From an uncultured Bacteroidota bacterium (GTDB taxonomy: Bacteria; Bacteroidota; Bacteroidia; UKL13-3), in contig CAIYNF010000012.1 of the NCBI GenBank assembly GCA_903927505.1, forward strand, positions 8,941-72,940: a DNA stretch of 64,000 bases, read 5' to 3'. Position numbers and translations under genes: made by a program. The notes under the pieces were generated by a model. That model made no database searches, had not been told where the DNA came from, and saw only the letters and a list, made by a program, of their open reading frames with translations. Positions 28,257-39,498 of this stretch are shown here, in pieces (positions within the stretch are counted from its first letter, which is position 1; each line of letters begins with the position of its first letter).

Positions 28257-29636
28257 ATGAAAAAATTGTTACTAACTGCTCTTGCTGCCCTAACTATCGG
28301 AAGCGCTGCAATGGCTCAAAAAATTGACAACAGCAAAGACCGTCGTTTCCAATCAGTAGGCGAAGCTAGAAATCCATTTCACACCAAATCTTTAGGAAAA
28401 GGTGGAACCATGGTTTCTGATTGGTTTTCTATTATGGATATGATCGACCAAAGTAATGTTGGTACTAGTTTAACCCCATTTGTAAACTTCATGGTGCATG
28501 ACTCATTAGCGAAAAATGTTGAAGATGATGGAACCATTAGATATGGTGCATGGCAAAGTGTTGGTCAAGTAATTGATCCAAAAGATGATTTGATCAACTT
28601 GACTACTTCTCCTCAAAACCAATTATCTCGTTTCAATAGCTACAAATGTGATAGTATTGCTTTCCAATACTTATATGTACGTAACGTAGATTCTATTTCA
28701 GACGGTATGGGTGGCAAAACCAGAGTAGTTGATACTTTATTTGTTGCTTATTTTGCTGGAAGCCAAATCAAAAAATTAAGCTTTACCTCTTCTGGAGATA
28801 AATTAGCTATTGTTGATTGGGATTACACAAAACGTTTGCCTGCAAACTATGTAACAATTGAAAAAATCCTATTAGACAGAGGAGATAATGGCATTTTTGA
28901 CACAACTCGTTGCAATAGCAGCAATGGCGGTTTTGAAAACGGATGGGTTACAAAAATTGGTCAAATTCCTGCTCCTGCTGGCATGCAAATTACAGCAAAC
29001 ACAAATGGTTCTACAACCAACAACTTAGTTGCAATGTCATACACCTTCAAATCTGGTGTTCCTACTATTGTTGGTCAAGATACTGCTGTAATGATTTATT
29101 CATTAAACCCAATGACTGCTCCAACAAACATGCGCAGAACCAATTATTTTGGTTGCAGATTCCAACAAAATGCTGGTGCAACAGGTTGGGCTAACCAAAG
29201 TTTCTTTAACACCTCTTTATTTGCTTTGAAAAGCACTTCATACAAAGATGATGGCAATGCAAATTCTTGGAAAGGTTATGTTTCTGGAAATGCATTTACA
29301 AATGATCTTTTCTTAGAATCTTGGTTCCATTTAACTGTTACAGGTTCAATTGGTGCTGGTATCAACGAAAATGACAAAGTAAGCATTAGCAGCATCTATC
29401 CTAACCCAAGCAGAGGTTTTGTAAAAGCAAATTTCGAAACAAAAACCACTGCTGATGTTAAAGTTGAGGTATTAAACTTAATTGGCCAAACTGTTAAAAC
29501 CATTAATTTTGGTAATACAGCTGCTGGTTCTTATGAGTTGCCAATGGATTTGACTAGCTTAAATCCTGGTGTATACATGATCAGCATTACTGCTGGTAAT
29601 AGCACAACAACACAAAAATTAGTTATTGCTGAATAA
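28257..29636 (+). CDS. secreted T9SS cargo protein, function unknown
   Basis: Signal peptide MKKLLLTALAALTIGSAAMAQ. C-terminal sorting domain IYPNPSRGFVKANF..GVYMISITAGN..KLVIAE. Confidence 0.75.
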   Translation: MKKLLLTALAALTIGSAAMAQKIDNSKDRRFQSVGEARNPFHTKSLGKGGTMVSDWFSIMDMIDQSNVGTSLTPFVNFMVHDSLAKNVEDDGTIRYGAWQSVGQVIDPKDDLINLTTSPQNQLSRFNSYKCDSIAFQYLYVRNVDSISDGMGGKTRVVDTLFVAYFAGSQIKKLSFTSSGDKLAIVDWDYTKRLPANYVTIEKILLDRGDNGIFDTTRCNSSNGGFENGWVTKIGQIPAPAGMQITANTNGSTTNNLVAMSYTFKSGVPTIVGQDTAVMIYSLNPMTAPTNMRRTNYFGCRFQQNAGATGWANQSFFNTSLFALKSTSYKDDGNANSWKGYVSGNAFTNDLFLESWFHLTVTGSIGAGINENDKVSISSIYPNPSRGFVKANFETKTTADVKVEVLNLIGQTVKTINFGNTAAGSYELPMDLTSLNPGVYMISITAGNSTTTQKLVIAE

Positions 29637-29649
29637 GCTTAACTCAAAT

Positions 29650-29688
29650 AAAAAAAAGGCTGCAGAAAATTTTCTGCAGCCTTTTTTT
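29650..29688. terminator. bidirectional terminator between convergent genes
   Basis: A8 run, the perfect palindrome GGCTGCAGAAAATTTTCTGCAGCC, then T7 run. Confidence 0.85.
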
Positions 29689-29717
29689 ATGCCTAAAATC
29701 CTAGCCCTAAAATTCAG

Positions 29718-31187
29718 TTATCTCCTTGGAATAATTGCAAGTCCAAAAGAAAAGAGGCGTAGATCTGGATTATATGGAGCTTGATTTTGCGTTCTAAAAT
29801 ACGGTGTTAAGCTGTAATTTGTAAACATATGCAACCAACTATAACTTATTCTTAAAGTACCCATCGCCCCAAATGGATTAATATTAAAATCATCTTTTAT
29901 TTGCAAGTCTTCTGTATACCCTTTTGCCGAAGAAACCACACGTAAATGAGTATATATATTAAATGTTCCAATTACGCCAATTGCCATATTAAACTTATTC
30001 CTAAGATTCTTTGTGCGCGGAGCGTATTTTAAAAGCAACGGCACATTAAATTGGGTATTAAATAGGTTGTTATTAGAAACTGAAACTAAACCAGCATCAG
30101 CAGCAATTACACTCGTATTGGGCACCAACAACCTATTGGTATTGAAACGCATATTTTGAAACATAATTCCTAAACCACTGGTTAAAGCAATTTTATTTCT
30201 AATCAAATGCACATCTCCCTCCAATAAATTATAACTAATAAACCAAGACTTTAGCGTATTGCATTTGAGATAAGCATAATCATTTGGAATAGCTTTTAAT
30301 GAGGGAGAAACAAATTGATTGAAACCAAATTCAATTCCAGCATAGGTCTTTCTCAATTTATATTTCTTGGTATCATTCAGCTCTTTCACTTTCTCTAAAC
30401 TATCATTATCAGCAGATAATTCAACACCATTCCCCTCTTCAATGATGATCAATTTTTTCTTACCAACAGAAATGCGCATTGTATCCATTGCACCCGCTCG
30501 CTCATCCTGCATTTTCTCTCCTGTTTCTGCATCAACAATTCTTGCGAGGCCATTCACATTAAATTTTTTGTTTATTGGCGAACCAACAAAAACACCACGT
30601 GCTGCATCTGTAGCATTAACATCTATACCTTGCGAAACATTTACATTAAAATAAGAGCTGGCACTTGCATTGATTCCAATTTGCCTAATCTCTAAACCGG
30701 ATGCATATAATTTCGAGGCATCAAACAAGTCAATTGAAGCAGAATCTACCTTTCCTATTAGCTTTATTTTACTGGCGTCTTTGGCATTCAAAATAAGTTG
30801 GCCTACTTCTAAATTTAAATCAAAATAGGCAGCATCGCTAGATTTTAAAACCAATGTATCCATTGCTAGGTTCGAACCAATTCCATTGCCCACACACGAA
30901 AAATCTTTAGCCTCCACCATTAACAAATGAGTAAAATGAAGGACAATAGGATTTGGATTCTTTAACAAAGGATTTAATAAGCCAATACTCAAAACGCCAT
31001 TTTGAATATTAATTTTAAAATCTGAAAGAGAGCCAATACTGCTAATACTAGGCTTATCAGCTTTAACCAAAACAACTTTTACAGCCCCTGTAACAACTAT
31101 TTTTTTAAATGGCTGCAACTCCATTTCGGTTTGAGCCAATGTCAATTTACCCATACATAGAAAAAGAAACAATTTCAAATAGCGCAT
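29718..31187 (-). CDS. fusion of a DUF2807/GIN-like beta-helical head domain and a C-terminal outer-membrane beta-barrel-like domain
   Basis: ATG at 31187 (MRYLKLFLFLCMGKLTLAQ); the track start at 31196 is TTG. The N-terminal half has repeated ..A.D.S.I.L.G.. strands. The C-terminal half has an alternating hydrophobic pattern ending ..RLFSFGLAIIPRR. Confidence 0.55.
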   Translation of the reverse strand: MRYLKLFLFLCMGKLTLAQTEMELQPFKKIVVTGAVKVVLVKADKPSISSIGSLSDFKINIQNGVLSIGLLNPLLKNPNPIVLHFTHLLMVEAKDFSCVGNGIGSNLAMDTLVLKSSDAAYFDLNLEVGQLILNAKDASKIKLIGKVDSASIDLFDASKLYASGLEIRQIGINASASSYFNVNVSQGIDVNATDAARGVFVGSPINKKFNVNGLARIVDAETGEKMQDERAGAMDTMRISVGKKKLIIIEEGNGVELSADNDSLEKVKELNDTKKYKLRKTYAGIEFGFNQFVSPSLKAIPNDYAYLKCNTLKSWFISYNLLEGDVHLIRNKIALTSGLGIMFQNMRFNTNRLLVPNTSVIAADAGLVSVSNNNLFNTQFNVPLLLKYAPRTKNLRNKFNMAIGVIGTFNIYTHLRVVSSAKGYTEDLQIKDDFNINPFGAMGTLRISYSWLHMFTNYSLTPYFRTQNQAPYNPDLRLFSFGLAIIPRR

Positions 31188-31280
31188 AAAAAACAATTAA
31201 AAGGTTCACAAAGAATAATACAGAAAATAAATAAAGCTTATTATTTGGTAAAAATAATTTAATTTAGTTTATATAATGCT

Positions 31281-32135
31281 ATGAAAGAACATTACTTAAT
31301 CATATGTAATCCGCAAGCCGGAAAAGGTTCTGCTCAAAAAAGCCTACCCAAATTTGAAAATTTTTTGATTGAAAAGGGCCATAGTTTTGAAACATTTATA
31401 AAAGATTATCCAAAAGATTTAAGCAGGTTTAGTACCCTAGTGATTATGGGAGGAGATGGCACCATCAATTATGTATTTAATTATTACAAGGAAATAAGCA
31501 TCCCTATTGCATTTATTATAGGCGGAACAGGCAATGACTATGCCACTTTACATCTACGCAATAATACACTACAGGAACAGTTTGAAACGGCAATACAAAG
31601 TAAAACAAGCCTAGTGGATGCTGGAACCTGCAATGGGAAATTATTTATAAATGGAGTAGGTATTGGATTTGATGGCTGGGTAGTAAAAAGTAATTTAGGA
31701 AAGAAGTTATTTACTGGCAAGATGGCTTATTATACAACCATTGTGAGCCTCTTGTTATTTTACAAGGAAAAGGAAATAACTATCACAACTCCAGAGAGAG
31801 AGTTTTCAATGAATGCCTTTATGCTAAGTATTGCAAAAGGAAAAACCTACGGAGGAGGGTTTATGTTAGCGCCACTAGCCAGTCCAGGTGATGGCAAATT
31901 TGATTTAATTACAATTGCCAAAATAGGATTATTGAAGCGCTTCCTATATTTACCAATTATAGAAAAAGGGAAACACTTAGGCTTGCCAATAGTTCAATTT
32001 CAGAAAACAGAACACATTAAAATCACATCCCAACATGCACTTCAAGCGCACTTAGATGGTGAATACTTGGAGGCTAAAACCTTTGATATAAAGTTATTAA
32101 GAGGGCATTACAGAATAAAATCAAAAGTGTATTAA
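31281..32135 (+). CDS. diacylglycerol/lipid kinase family protein (YegS/BmrU-like)
   Basis: LVIMGGDGTINYV and GGTGNDYA motifs. Confidence 0.85.
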   Translation: MKEHYLIICNPQAGKGSAQKSLPKFENFLIEKGHSFETFIKDYPKDLSRFSTLVIMGGDGTINYVFNYYKEISIPIAFIIGGTGNDYATLHLRNNTLQEQFETAIQSKTSLVDAGTCNGKLFINGVGIGFDGWVVKSNLGKKLFTGKMAYYTTIVSLLLFYKEKEITITTPEREFSMNAFMLSIAKGKTYGGGFMLAPLASPGDGKFDLITIAKIGLLKRFLYLPIIEKGKHLGLPIVQFQKTEHIKITSQHALQAHLDGEYLEAKTFDIKLLRGHYRIKSKVY

Positions 32136-32137
32136 AC

Positions 32138-32176
32138 AAAAAAGCCTCGAGATGCATTTGCAAATCGAGGCTTTTT
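32138..32176. terminator. bidirectional terminator between lipid kinase gene and rplQ
   Basis: A6 run, stem GCCTCGA / TCGAGGC, then T5 run. Confidence 0.7.
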
Positions 32177-32191
32177 AAATATTAAAAAAAA

Positions 32192-32695
32192 CTATTCTTC
32201 TGTAGCAGCAGGAGCTTCTTCTACAGCTGGTGCTTCAACAACAGCTTCAACTTTAGGAGCAGCTGGTGCTTTGGTTTTACCACGACGTGTTTTCTTAGCA
32301 GCTGAAGTTTTAGTAGATTTATCACTCAATAAGCTTTCGTTAAAGTCTACAAATTCGATAATTGCCATTTCAGCGTTATCTCCTTTACGGTTCATTAACT
32401 TAAGGATACGAGTGTATCCACCTGGTCTTTCACCAACTTTACCTGAGATTGGCCCAAAAAGTTCAGTTATAGACTCTTTGTTTTTTAGGTAACTAAATAC
32501 CGTACGACGAGAATGTGTACTATCGTCTTTAGCCTTAGTGATAAGTGGCTCAACGTATTTGCGCAATGCTTTTGCTTTTGCTGCAGTAGTAGTAATGCGT
32601 TTATGGATTATTAGCGAAGAAGCCATATTGGCTAACATTGCTTTCCTATGAGGAGCAGTTCTACCTAAATGATTAAATGTTTTTCCGTGTCTCAT
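32192..32695 (-). CDS. rplQ: 50S ribosomal protein L17 (with Ala/Pro/Glu-rich C-terminal extension)
   Basis: [25 protein letters not shown]. Last gene of the alpha operon. Confidence 0.96.
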   Translation of the reverse strand: MRHGKTFNHLGRTAPHRKAMLANMASSLIIHKRITTTAAKAKALRKYVEPLITKAKDDSTHSRRTVFSYLKNKESITELFGPISGKVGERPGGYTRILKLMNRKGDNAEMAIIEFVDFNESLLSDKSTKTSAAKKTRRGKTKAPAAPKVEAVVEAPAVEEAPAATEE

Positions 32696-32747
32696 TTTTC
32701 TTTTCGTATTGAATGATGCTTACGCAGCATTATCTCTGTCAATTCTA

Positions 32748-33740
32748 TTATTCTTGGTCTAATTTGTATTTGCTGATATCAATACCAAATGTAAGACCTT
32801 TGTCGCGAACCAATTCTTCTAATTCACTCAATGATTTCTTACCAAAATTGCGGAATTTCAATAAATCAGCAATATCGTATGAAACTAAGTCTGCTAAAGA
32901 TTTGATATCAGCTGCTTTCAAGCAATTGTATGCTCTTACAGATAAATCTAAATCAGATAGAGGAGTTTTAAGGATTTTACGAACATGAAGGTAATTTTCA
33001 TCAACTTCTTGGGTAGGTTCTTTAACTTGTGTATCAAGAGTAATTAACTCATCAGAGAACAACATAAAATGTTGAATTAAAATCTTAGCAGCCTCTTTCA
33101 AAGCTTCCTCTGGATGGATTGAACCATCTGTTTGGATTTCAATTAACAATTTTTCGTAATCTGTTTTTTGCTCTACACGGTAATCTTCAACGCTATATTT
33201 AACGTTTTTGATAGGTGTGAAAATAGAATCAATAGCAATTACACCAATGTTCGCATCCTTTGATTTATTCTCATCAGCTGGAACGTAACCACGACCTTTT
33301 TCTACAGTCAATTCAACTTCTAATTGAACAAAAGGCTCCATGTTACAAATAACTTGCTCAGGGTTTAATACTCTGAACGAGTTGGTATGTTTGCCAATTT
33401 CTCCAGCTAAGAATTGCTCTTGGCCTTTAATATTGATATAAATTTTTTCGTTATCAACTCCATCAACGATTCTTTTGAAGCGAACTTGTTTAAGGTTCAT
33501 TACAATTTCTGTAACATCTTCAATAACGCCCTTAACGGTTGTAAACTCATGATCTACACCAGTGATTTTCACTGAAGTAATTGAATAACCTTCTAAGGAA
33601 GATAATAAGATTCTCCTCAATGAATTTCCAATAGTAACTCCGTATCCTTTTTCAAGCGGACGGAATTCGAATTGCCCAAAGAACTCAGTGTCTTTGTGCA
33701 TGATAACTTTGTCTGGTTTTTGGAATGCAAGGATACCCAT
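32748..33740 (-). CDS. rpoA: DNA-directed RNA polymerase subunit alpha
   Basis: 330 aa with [20 protein letters not shown] and a C-terminal domain [14 protein letters not shown]. Confidence 0.97.
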   Translation of the reverse strand: MGILAFQKPDKVIMHKDTEFFGQFEFRPLEKGYGVTIGNSLRRILLSSLEGYSITSVKITGVDHEFTTVKGVIEDVTEIVMNLKQVRFKRIVDGVDNEKIYINIKGQEQFLAGEIGKHTNSFRVLNPEQVICNMEPFVQLEVELTVEKGRGYVPADENKSKDANIGVIAIDSIFTPIKNVKYSVEDYRVEQKTDYEKLLIEIQTDGSIHPEEALKEAAKILIQHFMLFSDELITLDTQVKEPTQEVDENYLHVRKILKTPLSDLDLSVRAYNCLKAADIKSLADLVSYDIADLLKFRNFGKKSLSELEELVRDKGLTFGIDISKYKLDQE

Positions 33741-33761
33741 TTATAATTCTTTATTAAATGA

Positions 33762-34370
33762 TTATTTAGAATACAATTCTACGATCAACTGTTCTTTGAT
33801 ATTTTCAGGAATCTGATCACGTTCAGGGTAAGCCATGAATGTTCCAGATAAATCTTTGGTTTCAAAGTTTAACCAGTTAAATTTCTTTGGATTGCTAGAT
33901 GATACTGATCCAGTGATAACTTCTAATGATTTAGATTTTTCACGTACAGAAATTACATCACCTGGTTTCAATTGGCATGAAGGAATATTAACCAACTTAC
34001 CATTTACATTGATATGACCATGAGCAACCAACTGACGCGCTTGGCTACGTGTTTGAGCAAAACCTAAACGGAAAGTGGTATTGTCTAAACGTGCTTCCAA
34101 GAATTTCAATAAGTTTTCACCAGTGATACCTTTTTTACGGGCTGCTAATTCAAATGTTTTGAAAAACTGACGCTCTAATACACCATAAGTGAATTTTGCT
34201 TTTTGTTTTTCAGACAACTGAATTGCATATTCAGTTTGTTTGGTTCTCTTACGAGAATTACCATGCTGACCTGGAGGTGTCGGCCTTTTCTCGAAAGACT
34301 TATCAGGTCCGAAGATCGGATCCTTGAAACGTCTAGCGATTTTGGTTTTTGGTCCTATATATCTTGCCAT
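33762..34370 (-). CDS. rpsD: 30S ribosomal protein S4
   Basis: [15 protein letters not shown].., with an S4 RNA-binding domain. Confidence 0.97.
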   Translation of the reverse strand: MARYIGPKTKIARRFKDPIFGPDKSFEKRPTPPGQHGNSRKRTKQTEYAIQLSEKQKAKFTYGVLERQFFKTFELAARKKGITGENLLKFLEARLDNTTFRLGFAQTRSQARQLVAHGHINVNGKLVNIPSCQLKPGDVISVREKSKSLEVITGSVSSSNPKKFNWLNFETKDLSGTFMAYPERDQIPENIKEQLIVELYSK

Positions 34371-34390
34371 TACTCTTCTTTATTAAAAAA

Positions 34391-34783
34391 TTAAACTCTA
34401 CGTGCTTTTGGTGCACGACAGCCATTATGTGGCAATGGAGTAATATCTGTGATAGACAATACTTCTAAACCACTTGCTTGCAAAGTTCTGATTGCAGAAT
34501 CTCTTCCTGAACCAGGTCCTTTGATAAATACATCTACCTTCTTCATACCTGCATCAACTGCAACTTTAGCACAATCAGCAGAAGCCATTTGAGCTGCGTA
34601 TGGAGTATTTTTCTTAGAACCTCTAAATCCCATCTTACCTGCAGAAGCCCAAGATACTACTTGACCTGTGCTGTTTGTGATGGAGATGATTACGTTATTG
34701 AAAGAAGCTTTGATATGCACTTGCCCGTGGGCATCAATGCTTACTACTCTCTTCTTTGTAACTTTCTTATTATCCCTAGCCAT
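34391..34783 (-). CDS. rpsK: 30S ribosomal protein S11
   Basis: ..[28 protein letters not shown].. Confidence 0.97.
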   Translation of the reverse strand: MARDNKKVTKKRVVSIDAHGQVHIKASFNNVIISITNSTGQVVSWASAGKMGFRGSKKNTPYAAQMASADCAKVAVDAGMKKVDVFIKGPGSGRDSAIRTLQASGLEVLSITDITPLPHNGCRAPKARRV

Positions 34784-34800
34784 TATTAGTTATTTAATGA

Positions 34801-35178
34801 TTATTTGGTTACTTTTTTCTTACCTGCAACTGTCTTACGTTTACCTTTACGGGTACGTGAGTTAGTACGAGTGCGTTGTCCGCGAACTGGCAAACCTTTA
34901 CGGTGACGTAAACCGCGGTAGCAACCAATATCCATCAAACGTTTGATGTTCAATTGACGCTCTGAACGCAATTCACCTTCAACAGTGATTTTTTCAGTTA
35001 CGAATTTACGAATGGCATTCAACTCTTCGTCGTTCCATTCGCTTACTTTCTTGTCGTAATTAACTCCACATTCCGTTAAAATACGTTGTGAAACCTTACG
35101 CCCAATTCCGAAGATATAGGTTAAACCTATCTCTCCTCTTTTGTTTTTGGGTAAATCTATACCTGCTATACGAGCCAT
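34801..35178 (-). CDS. rpsM: 30S ribosomal protein S13
   Basis: [14 protein letters not shown].. Confidence 0.97.
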   Translation of the reverse strand: MARIAGIDLPKNKRGEIGLTYIFGIGRKVSQRILTECGVNYDKKVSEWNDEELNAIRKFVTEKITVEGELRSERQLNIKRLMDIGCYRGLRHRKGLPVRGQRTRTNSRTRKGKRKTVAGKKKVTK

Positions 35179-35187
35179 ACTACTATA

Positions 35188-35304
35188 TTATCCTTGACGT
35201 TGTTTAAACTTAGGGTTCTTTTTGTTGATAACGTAAACCCTTCCTTTACGTTTCACAATAATGCAGTCTTCACTGCGCTTTTTTACCGATGCTCTGATCT
35301 TCAT
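35188..35304 (-). CDS. rpmJ: 50S ribosomal protein L36 (38 aa, not in ORF track)
   Basis: Manual translation gives [38 protein letters not shown]. Sits between infA and rpsM as expected. Confidence 0.93.
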   Translation of the reverse strand: MKIRASVKKRSEDCIIVKRKGRVYVINKKNPKFKQRQG

Positions 35305-35315
35305 TTTACCAGTTG

Positions 35316-35534
35316 TTACTTATATCTGTAAATAATTCTACCTTTTGAAAGGTCATATGGCGACATTTCTATCGACACTTTATCTCCTGGAAGGATCTTA
35401 ATGTAATGCATTCGCATCTTTCCTGAGATATGGGCAATCACCTCGTGCCCATTTTCTAACTGCACTCTAAACATCGCGTTACTAAGCGACTCTGTTATTG
35501 TACCGTCTTGTTTTATTAACGACTGTTTTGGCAT
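35316..35534 (-). CDS. infA: translation initiation factor IF-1
   Basis: 72 aa with ..[31 protein letters not shown].. Confidence 0.97.
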   Translation of the reverse strand: MPKQSLIKQDGTITESLSNAMFRVQLENGHEVIAHISGKMRMHYIKILPGDKVSIEMSPYDLSKGRIIYRYK

Positions 35535-35595
35535 ATTATCCGCAAAAGGGCAGCAAAAATAGGTTATTTTTTGGTATTGTCAACGTTTAATTTAA

Positions 35596-36957
35596 TTAAA
35601 CAGCTGCACCTACCGCATTGCGACCTTTGATCCTACCCGACTTCATTAAACCATCGTAGTGTCTCATCATCAAGTGGCTTTCTATTTGTTGGAGGGTATC
35701 TAATACTACACCAACAAGGATAAGTAAAGAGGTTCCACCATAAAATTGAGCAAATTGACTATTGATATTCAGAACATTGGCCAATGAAGGCAATATGGCA
35801 ACAAATGCTAAGAAGATTGCTCCAGGGAGCGTTATTCTAGACATTACGTTATCTATAAAATCTGCAGTAGATTTTCCCGGTTTAACACCTGGTACAAACC
35901 CACCATTACGCTTCATATCATCTGATATTTGGTTGGCATTAACCGAAATAGCAGTATAGAAATATGTAAAAATTACGATTAACAATCCAAAAGTAATGTT
36001 GTATGTCCAGCTCATGGGATTAATGAATGCAGCCATAACACCTTGCATCGCTTCGTAATTTGGAAAAAACTGTGCGATAGTACTTGGAATAAACATTAAA
36101 GCTTGAGCAAAGATGATAGGCATTACACCCGCAGCATTTACTTTTAGAGGAATATATTGACGAACACCTCCGTATTGACGGTTACCAACAACTCTCTTAG
36201 CATACTGTACAGGAATCTTCCTTGTACCTTGAACCAATAGAATGGTAATCATGATTACGGCGAAAAGAGCGGCTAATTCAATTAAGAAAATTACCAAACC
36301 TCCTCCACTTTCAGATAATTTAAAGTTAAATTCTTCTTTTAATGCAAATGGCAAACGAGCTATGATACCAATCATGATGATTAATGAGATACCATTACCA
36401 ATTCCTTTTTCAGTAATACGCTCACCCAACCACATAACAAACATGGTGCTTGAGGTTAATACGATAGTAGCAGTTAGCATAAATATGAAATCCGACATTT
36501 CACCAGGATTTGTAATAGATACAATGGCTTGAGGATTTTCACTTTTCAAATTAATTAGGAAACCAATTGACTGAACCGCGGTAATCACTATCGTGAGGTA
36601 ACGGGTAATCTGATTGATTTTTCTACGACCTTCTTCACCTTCTTTTTGCATTTTCTGAAAAGAAGGAACTGCCAAGCTCAACAATTGAACAACAATAGAG
36701 GCAGAAATATATGGCATAATTCCCAGTGCAAAGATAGAGCCCCTTGCGAAGGCTCCTCCAGCGAACATGTTAATTAATCCAAAAATACCACCACTTGATT
36801 GTTGGGCAGATCCCTGAAGCATGTTTGGATCCACACCAGGAAGGGTAACATAGGTACCCAAACGGTAGGCCAACAACATCCAGAAAGTAAGTGCCAATTT
36901 GTATCTCAGCTCTTCTATTCTGTATATGTTTTTAAATGTTTCTATTATTTTCTTCAC
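35596..36957 (-). CDS. secY: preprotein translocase subunit SecY
   Basis: 453-aa polytopic protein starting MKKIIETFKNIYRIEELR. The start codon is GTG, and there is no upstream in-frame ATG before a stop. Confidence 0.96.
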   Translation of the reverse strand: MKKIIETFKNIYRIEELRYKLALTFWMLLAYRLGTYVTLPGVDPNMLQGSAQQSSGGIFGLINMFAGGAFARGSIFALGIMPYISASIVVQLLSLAVPSFQKMQKEGEEGRRKINQITRYLTIVITAVQSIGFLINLKSENPQAIVSITNPGEMSDFIFMLTATIVLTSSTMFVMWLGERITEKGIGNGISLIIMIGIIARLPFALKEEFNFKLSESGGGLVIFLIELAALFAVIMITILLVQGTRKIPVQYAKRVVGNRQYGGVRQYIPLKVNAAGVMPIIFAQALMFIPSTIAQFFPNYEAMQGVMAAFINPMSWTYNITFGLLIVIFTYFYTAISVNANQISDDMKRNGGFVPGVKPGKSTADFIDNVMSRITLPGAIFLAFVAILPSLANVLNINSQFAQFYGGTSLLILVGVVLDTLQQIESHLMMRHYDGLMKSGRIKGRNAVGAAV

Positions 36958-36984
36958 TTGCTTTGGAAGTGTTAAGGGTTAATA

Positions 36985-37431
36985 CTAGTTATTTACGATT
37001 GATCCACCAGCAGCTTCAATTGCTTTTTGAGCAGCAGCTGAAAACTTATCAGCTTTTACTTGAATAGCAACTTTAACTTCACCACGCGCTAAGACTTTAA
37101 CAAGATCTTTTTTACCAATTAATCCGTTGTCTCTTAATACAACTGAATCAATTTGCGTAATACCTTTATCGGCCAATTCTTGCAATTTATCTAAGTTAAT
37201 AGGCGAGTATTCTACACGGTTCAAATTTTTGAAACCAAATTTAGGAACACGACGGTATAAAGGCATTTGACCACCTTCAAAACCACGCTTTGTGCTGGTA
37301 CCACTTCTAGATCCAGCTCCTTTATGACCACGAGCAGCTGTTCCACCTTTTCCACTACCTTCTCCTCTACCAACTCTCTTACCTTCTCTATGTGTTGAAC
37401 CGCTTGCAGGTTTTAATGTATGTAATTTCAT
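36985..37431 (-). CDS. rplO: 50S ribosomal protein L15
   Basis: MKLHTLKPASGS..GRGEGSGKGGTAARGHKG. Confidence 0.97.
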   Translation of the reverse strand: MKLHTLKPASGSTHREGKRVGRGEGSGKGGTAARGHKGAGSRSGTSTKRGFEGGQMPLYRRVPKFGFKNLNRVEYSPINLDKLQELADKGITQIDSVVLRDNGLIGKKDLVKVLARGEVKVAIQVKADKFSAAAQKAIEAAGGSIVNN

Positions 37432-37444
37432 TGTTAATCCTCAA

Positions 37445-37624
37445 TTAGATTTTTTCAACTTTTAACAAATGAGCAACTTTATTGATCATTCCCATGATCT
37501 GTGGTGTACCTTCCACTTCTCTGCTCTGGTGCATTTTAGTAAAACCTAAAGCACGCACTGTGCGCTTTTGATCTTCTTTTCTATCGATGGTACTTTTAAC
37601 TTGGGTAATTTTATATTTTTCCAT
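37445..37624 (-). CDS. rpmD: 50S ribosomal protein L30 (59 aa, not in ORF track)
   Basis: Manual translation gives MEKYKITQVKSTIDRKEDQKRTVRALGFTKMHQSREVEGTPQIMGMINKVAHLLKVEKI. Sits between rpsE and rplO. Confidence 0.92.
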   Translation of the reverse strand: MEKYKITQVKSTIDRKEDQKRTVRALGFTKMHQSREVEGTPQIMGMINKVAHLLKVEKI

Positions 37625-37629
37625 CGTTC

Positions 37630-38151
37630 TTATTCTCCGTTAAAAACTTTTTTCAAACTAATACCTCTTTGTTGAGCGATAGTGAAAGCATCACGCATTT
37701 CAAGTAAAGCGTTAATGGTTGCTTTTACCACATTATGTGGATTAGAAGAACCTTTAGACTTTGCCAATACGTCTGTTACACCAGCGCTTTCCAATACGGC
37801 ACGCATTGCACCACCGGCAATTACACCAGTTCCATGAGCAGCAGGCTTAAGGAATACACGACCACCGCCGTATTTACCTAATTGCTCATGAGGCACAGTA
37901 CCTTTTAATACAGGAACTTTAACTAGGTTCTTCTTAGCATCATCAACACCTTTTGAAATAGCGTCAGTTACCTCTAATGATTTACCTAATCCGTATCCTA
38001 CGACACCGTTTCCATCTCCTACTACAACTAAAGCAGAAAAACTAAATGTTCTACCACCTTTGGTTACTTTAGCCACACGGTTAATAGATACAACTTTCTC
38101 TTTCAATTCGATATCAGTTGTTTTAACCTTTTTTATGTTTGCTGTTGACAT
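37630..38151 (-). CDS. rpsE: 30S ribosomal protein S5
   Basis: ..[38 protein letters not shown].. Confidence 0.97.
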   Translation of the reverse strand: MSTANIKKVKTTDIELKEKVVSINRVAKVTKGGRTFSFSALVVVGDGNGVVGYGLGKSLEVTDAISKGVDDAKKNLVKVPVLKGTVPHEQLGKYGGGRVFLKPAAHGTGVIAGGAMRAVLESAGVTDVLAKSKGSSNPHNVVKATINALLEMRDAFTIAQQRGISLKKVFNGE

Positions 38152-38171
38152 AATTCTCTTTTTCTGAATGA

Positions 38172-38516
38172 TTAAAATTTAAGACCAGCTTCTCTTGCAC
38201 CATCTGCCAATGATTTAACACGGCCATGGTATAAGTAACCACCTCTATCGAAAACTACTTCAGCAATACCTGCGGCTAGCGCTTTCTCAGCCAAAGTTTT
38301 ACCTACCAAAGTTGAAGATTCAACTTTTGATACTTTTTCGCTTATCGCTCTCGATGAACTTGATACCAGTGTTATACCAGTAACATCATCGATTAATTGA
38401 GCGTAGATAAACCTATTGCTCCTAAATACCGATAAACGTGGTTTTTGAGCTGTACCGGTTACGCGGCTGCGAATACGGGCACGAATTTTATTTCTTCTTG
38501 ATTCTTTACTAAACAT
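38172..38516 (-). CDS. rplR: 50S ribosomal protein L18
   Basis: ..[31 protein letters not shown]. Confidence 0.97.
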   Translation of the reverse strand: MFSKESRRNKIRARIRSRVTGTAQKPRLSVFRSNRFIYAQLIDDVTGITLVSSSSRAISEKVSKVESSTLVGKTLAEKALAAGIAEVVFDRGGYLYHGRVKSLADGAREAGLKF

Positions 38517-38525
38517 GGCTCAATA

Positions 38526-39080
38526 TTATTTAGAAGCAGTTTTACCTGCTTTTCTTCTTAATGTTTCTCCTTCAAACTTGATACCTTTTCCTTTGTATGG
38601 CTCAGGAGCACGCAATGAACGAATCTTTGCCGCTACTTGTCCGATTAATTGCTTATCGGTACCTTCCAAAGTGATAATAGGGTTCTTACCTTTATCTTGT
38701 TCAGTTTTAACTGTTAATTCCTTAGGAATTTCAAAATAAATATGGTGAGAATATCCTAAAGTAAGGTCTAATATATTTCCTTCATTTGTTGCTTTGTAAC
38801 CAACACCCACCAATTCTTGGCGTTTTTTGTAACCAGTTGTAACACCAGTAACCATGTTGTTAACCAAAGAACGGTATAAACCATGAAGGGCTTTATGACG
38901 CTTTTGTTCTGTAGGACGCTTCAATTGAACGTTGCCATCTACTACTTCAAGCGTAATATCTAGGTCTAATTGCTGAGTTAATTCGCCTTTAGGGCCTTTA
39001 ACAGTAACCAAATTTCCGGTAGATACTTTCACATCTACACCAGCAGGTAATTTTATAAGTGCTTTTCCTATACGTGACAT
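38526..39080 (-). CDS. rplF: 50S ribosomal protein L6
   Basis: MSRIGKALIKLPAGVDV.. Confidence 0.97.
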   Translation of the reverse strand: MSRIGKALIKLPAGVDVKVSTGNLVTVKGPKGELTQQLDLDITLEVVDGNVQLKRPTEQKRHKALHGLYRSLVNNMVTGVTTGYKKRQELVGVGYKATNEGNILDLTLGYSHHIYFEIPKELTVKTEQDKGKNPIITLEGTDKQLIGQVAAKIRSLRAPEPYKGKGIKFEGETLRRKAGKTASK

Positions 39081-39099
39081 AATTTTTTTCTCCTATCTA

Positions 39100-39498
39100 T
39101 TAATACACGTAACACAATACTTCACCACCTACGTTTTGATTACGTGCTTCTTTATCGGTCATTACACCTTTAGAAGTAGTAACAATAGCAACACCCATTC
39201 CGTTAATTACACGTGGCATAGTTTCAGCACCCGTGTATTTACGTAAACCTGGACGGCTAATTCTTTCTAAACTTTTGATTGCTGAGGTTTTAGTTACCGG
39301 ATGGTACTTCAACGCAATTTTAATAGTTCCTTGGTGGTTCGCAATATCCTCAAACTTGTAGTTAAGGATGTAACCTTTTTCAAATAGAACTTTTGTGATT
39401 TCCTTCTTAAGGCCCGAGGAAGGAATTTCAACAATACGATGATTTGCCTTGATCGCATTGCGAAGCCTGGTTAAAAAATCTGATATTGGATCTGTCAT
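39100..39498 (-). CDS. rpsH: 30S ribosomal protein S8
   Basis: MTDPISDFLTRLRNAIKANH.. Confidence 0.97.
   Translation of the reverse strand: MTDPISDFLTRLRNAIKANHRIVEIPSSGLKKEITKVLFEKGYILNYKFEDIANHQGTIKIALKYHPVTKTSAIKSLERISRPGLRKYTGAETMPRVINGMGVAIVTTSKGVMTDKEARNQNVGGEVLCYVY

Noticed and set aside
19499-29681. CTGCAG (PstI site) present in the stems of two different terminators (19509-19514; 29660-29665 and 29674-29679), and the shared CATAAAAAAA...TTTTTTTATG flanks
   Set aside because: The flanks are simply the A/T-run extensions of bidirectional terminators, and two CTGCAG-containing stems are compatible with chance.
35535-35595. Absence of map (and adk) between secY and infA, and absence of tuf after fusA
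   Set aside because: Gene content at these positions varies between lineages, and in Bacteroidota tuf is usually elsewhere. There is no remnant sequence in the 61-nt gap, so I do not treat it as a deletion event.
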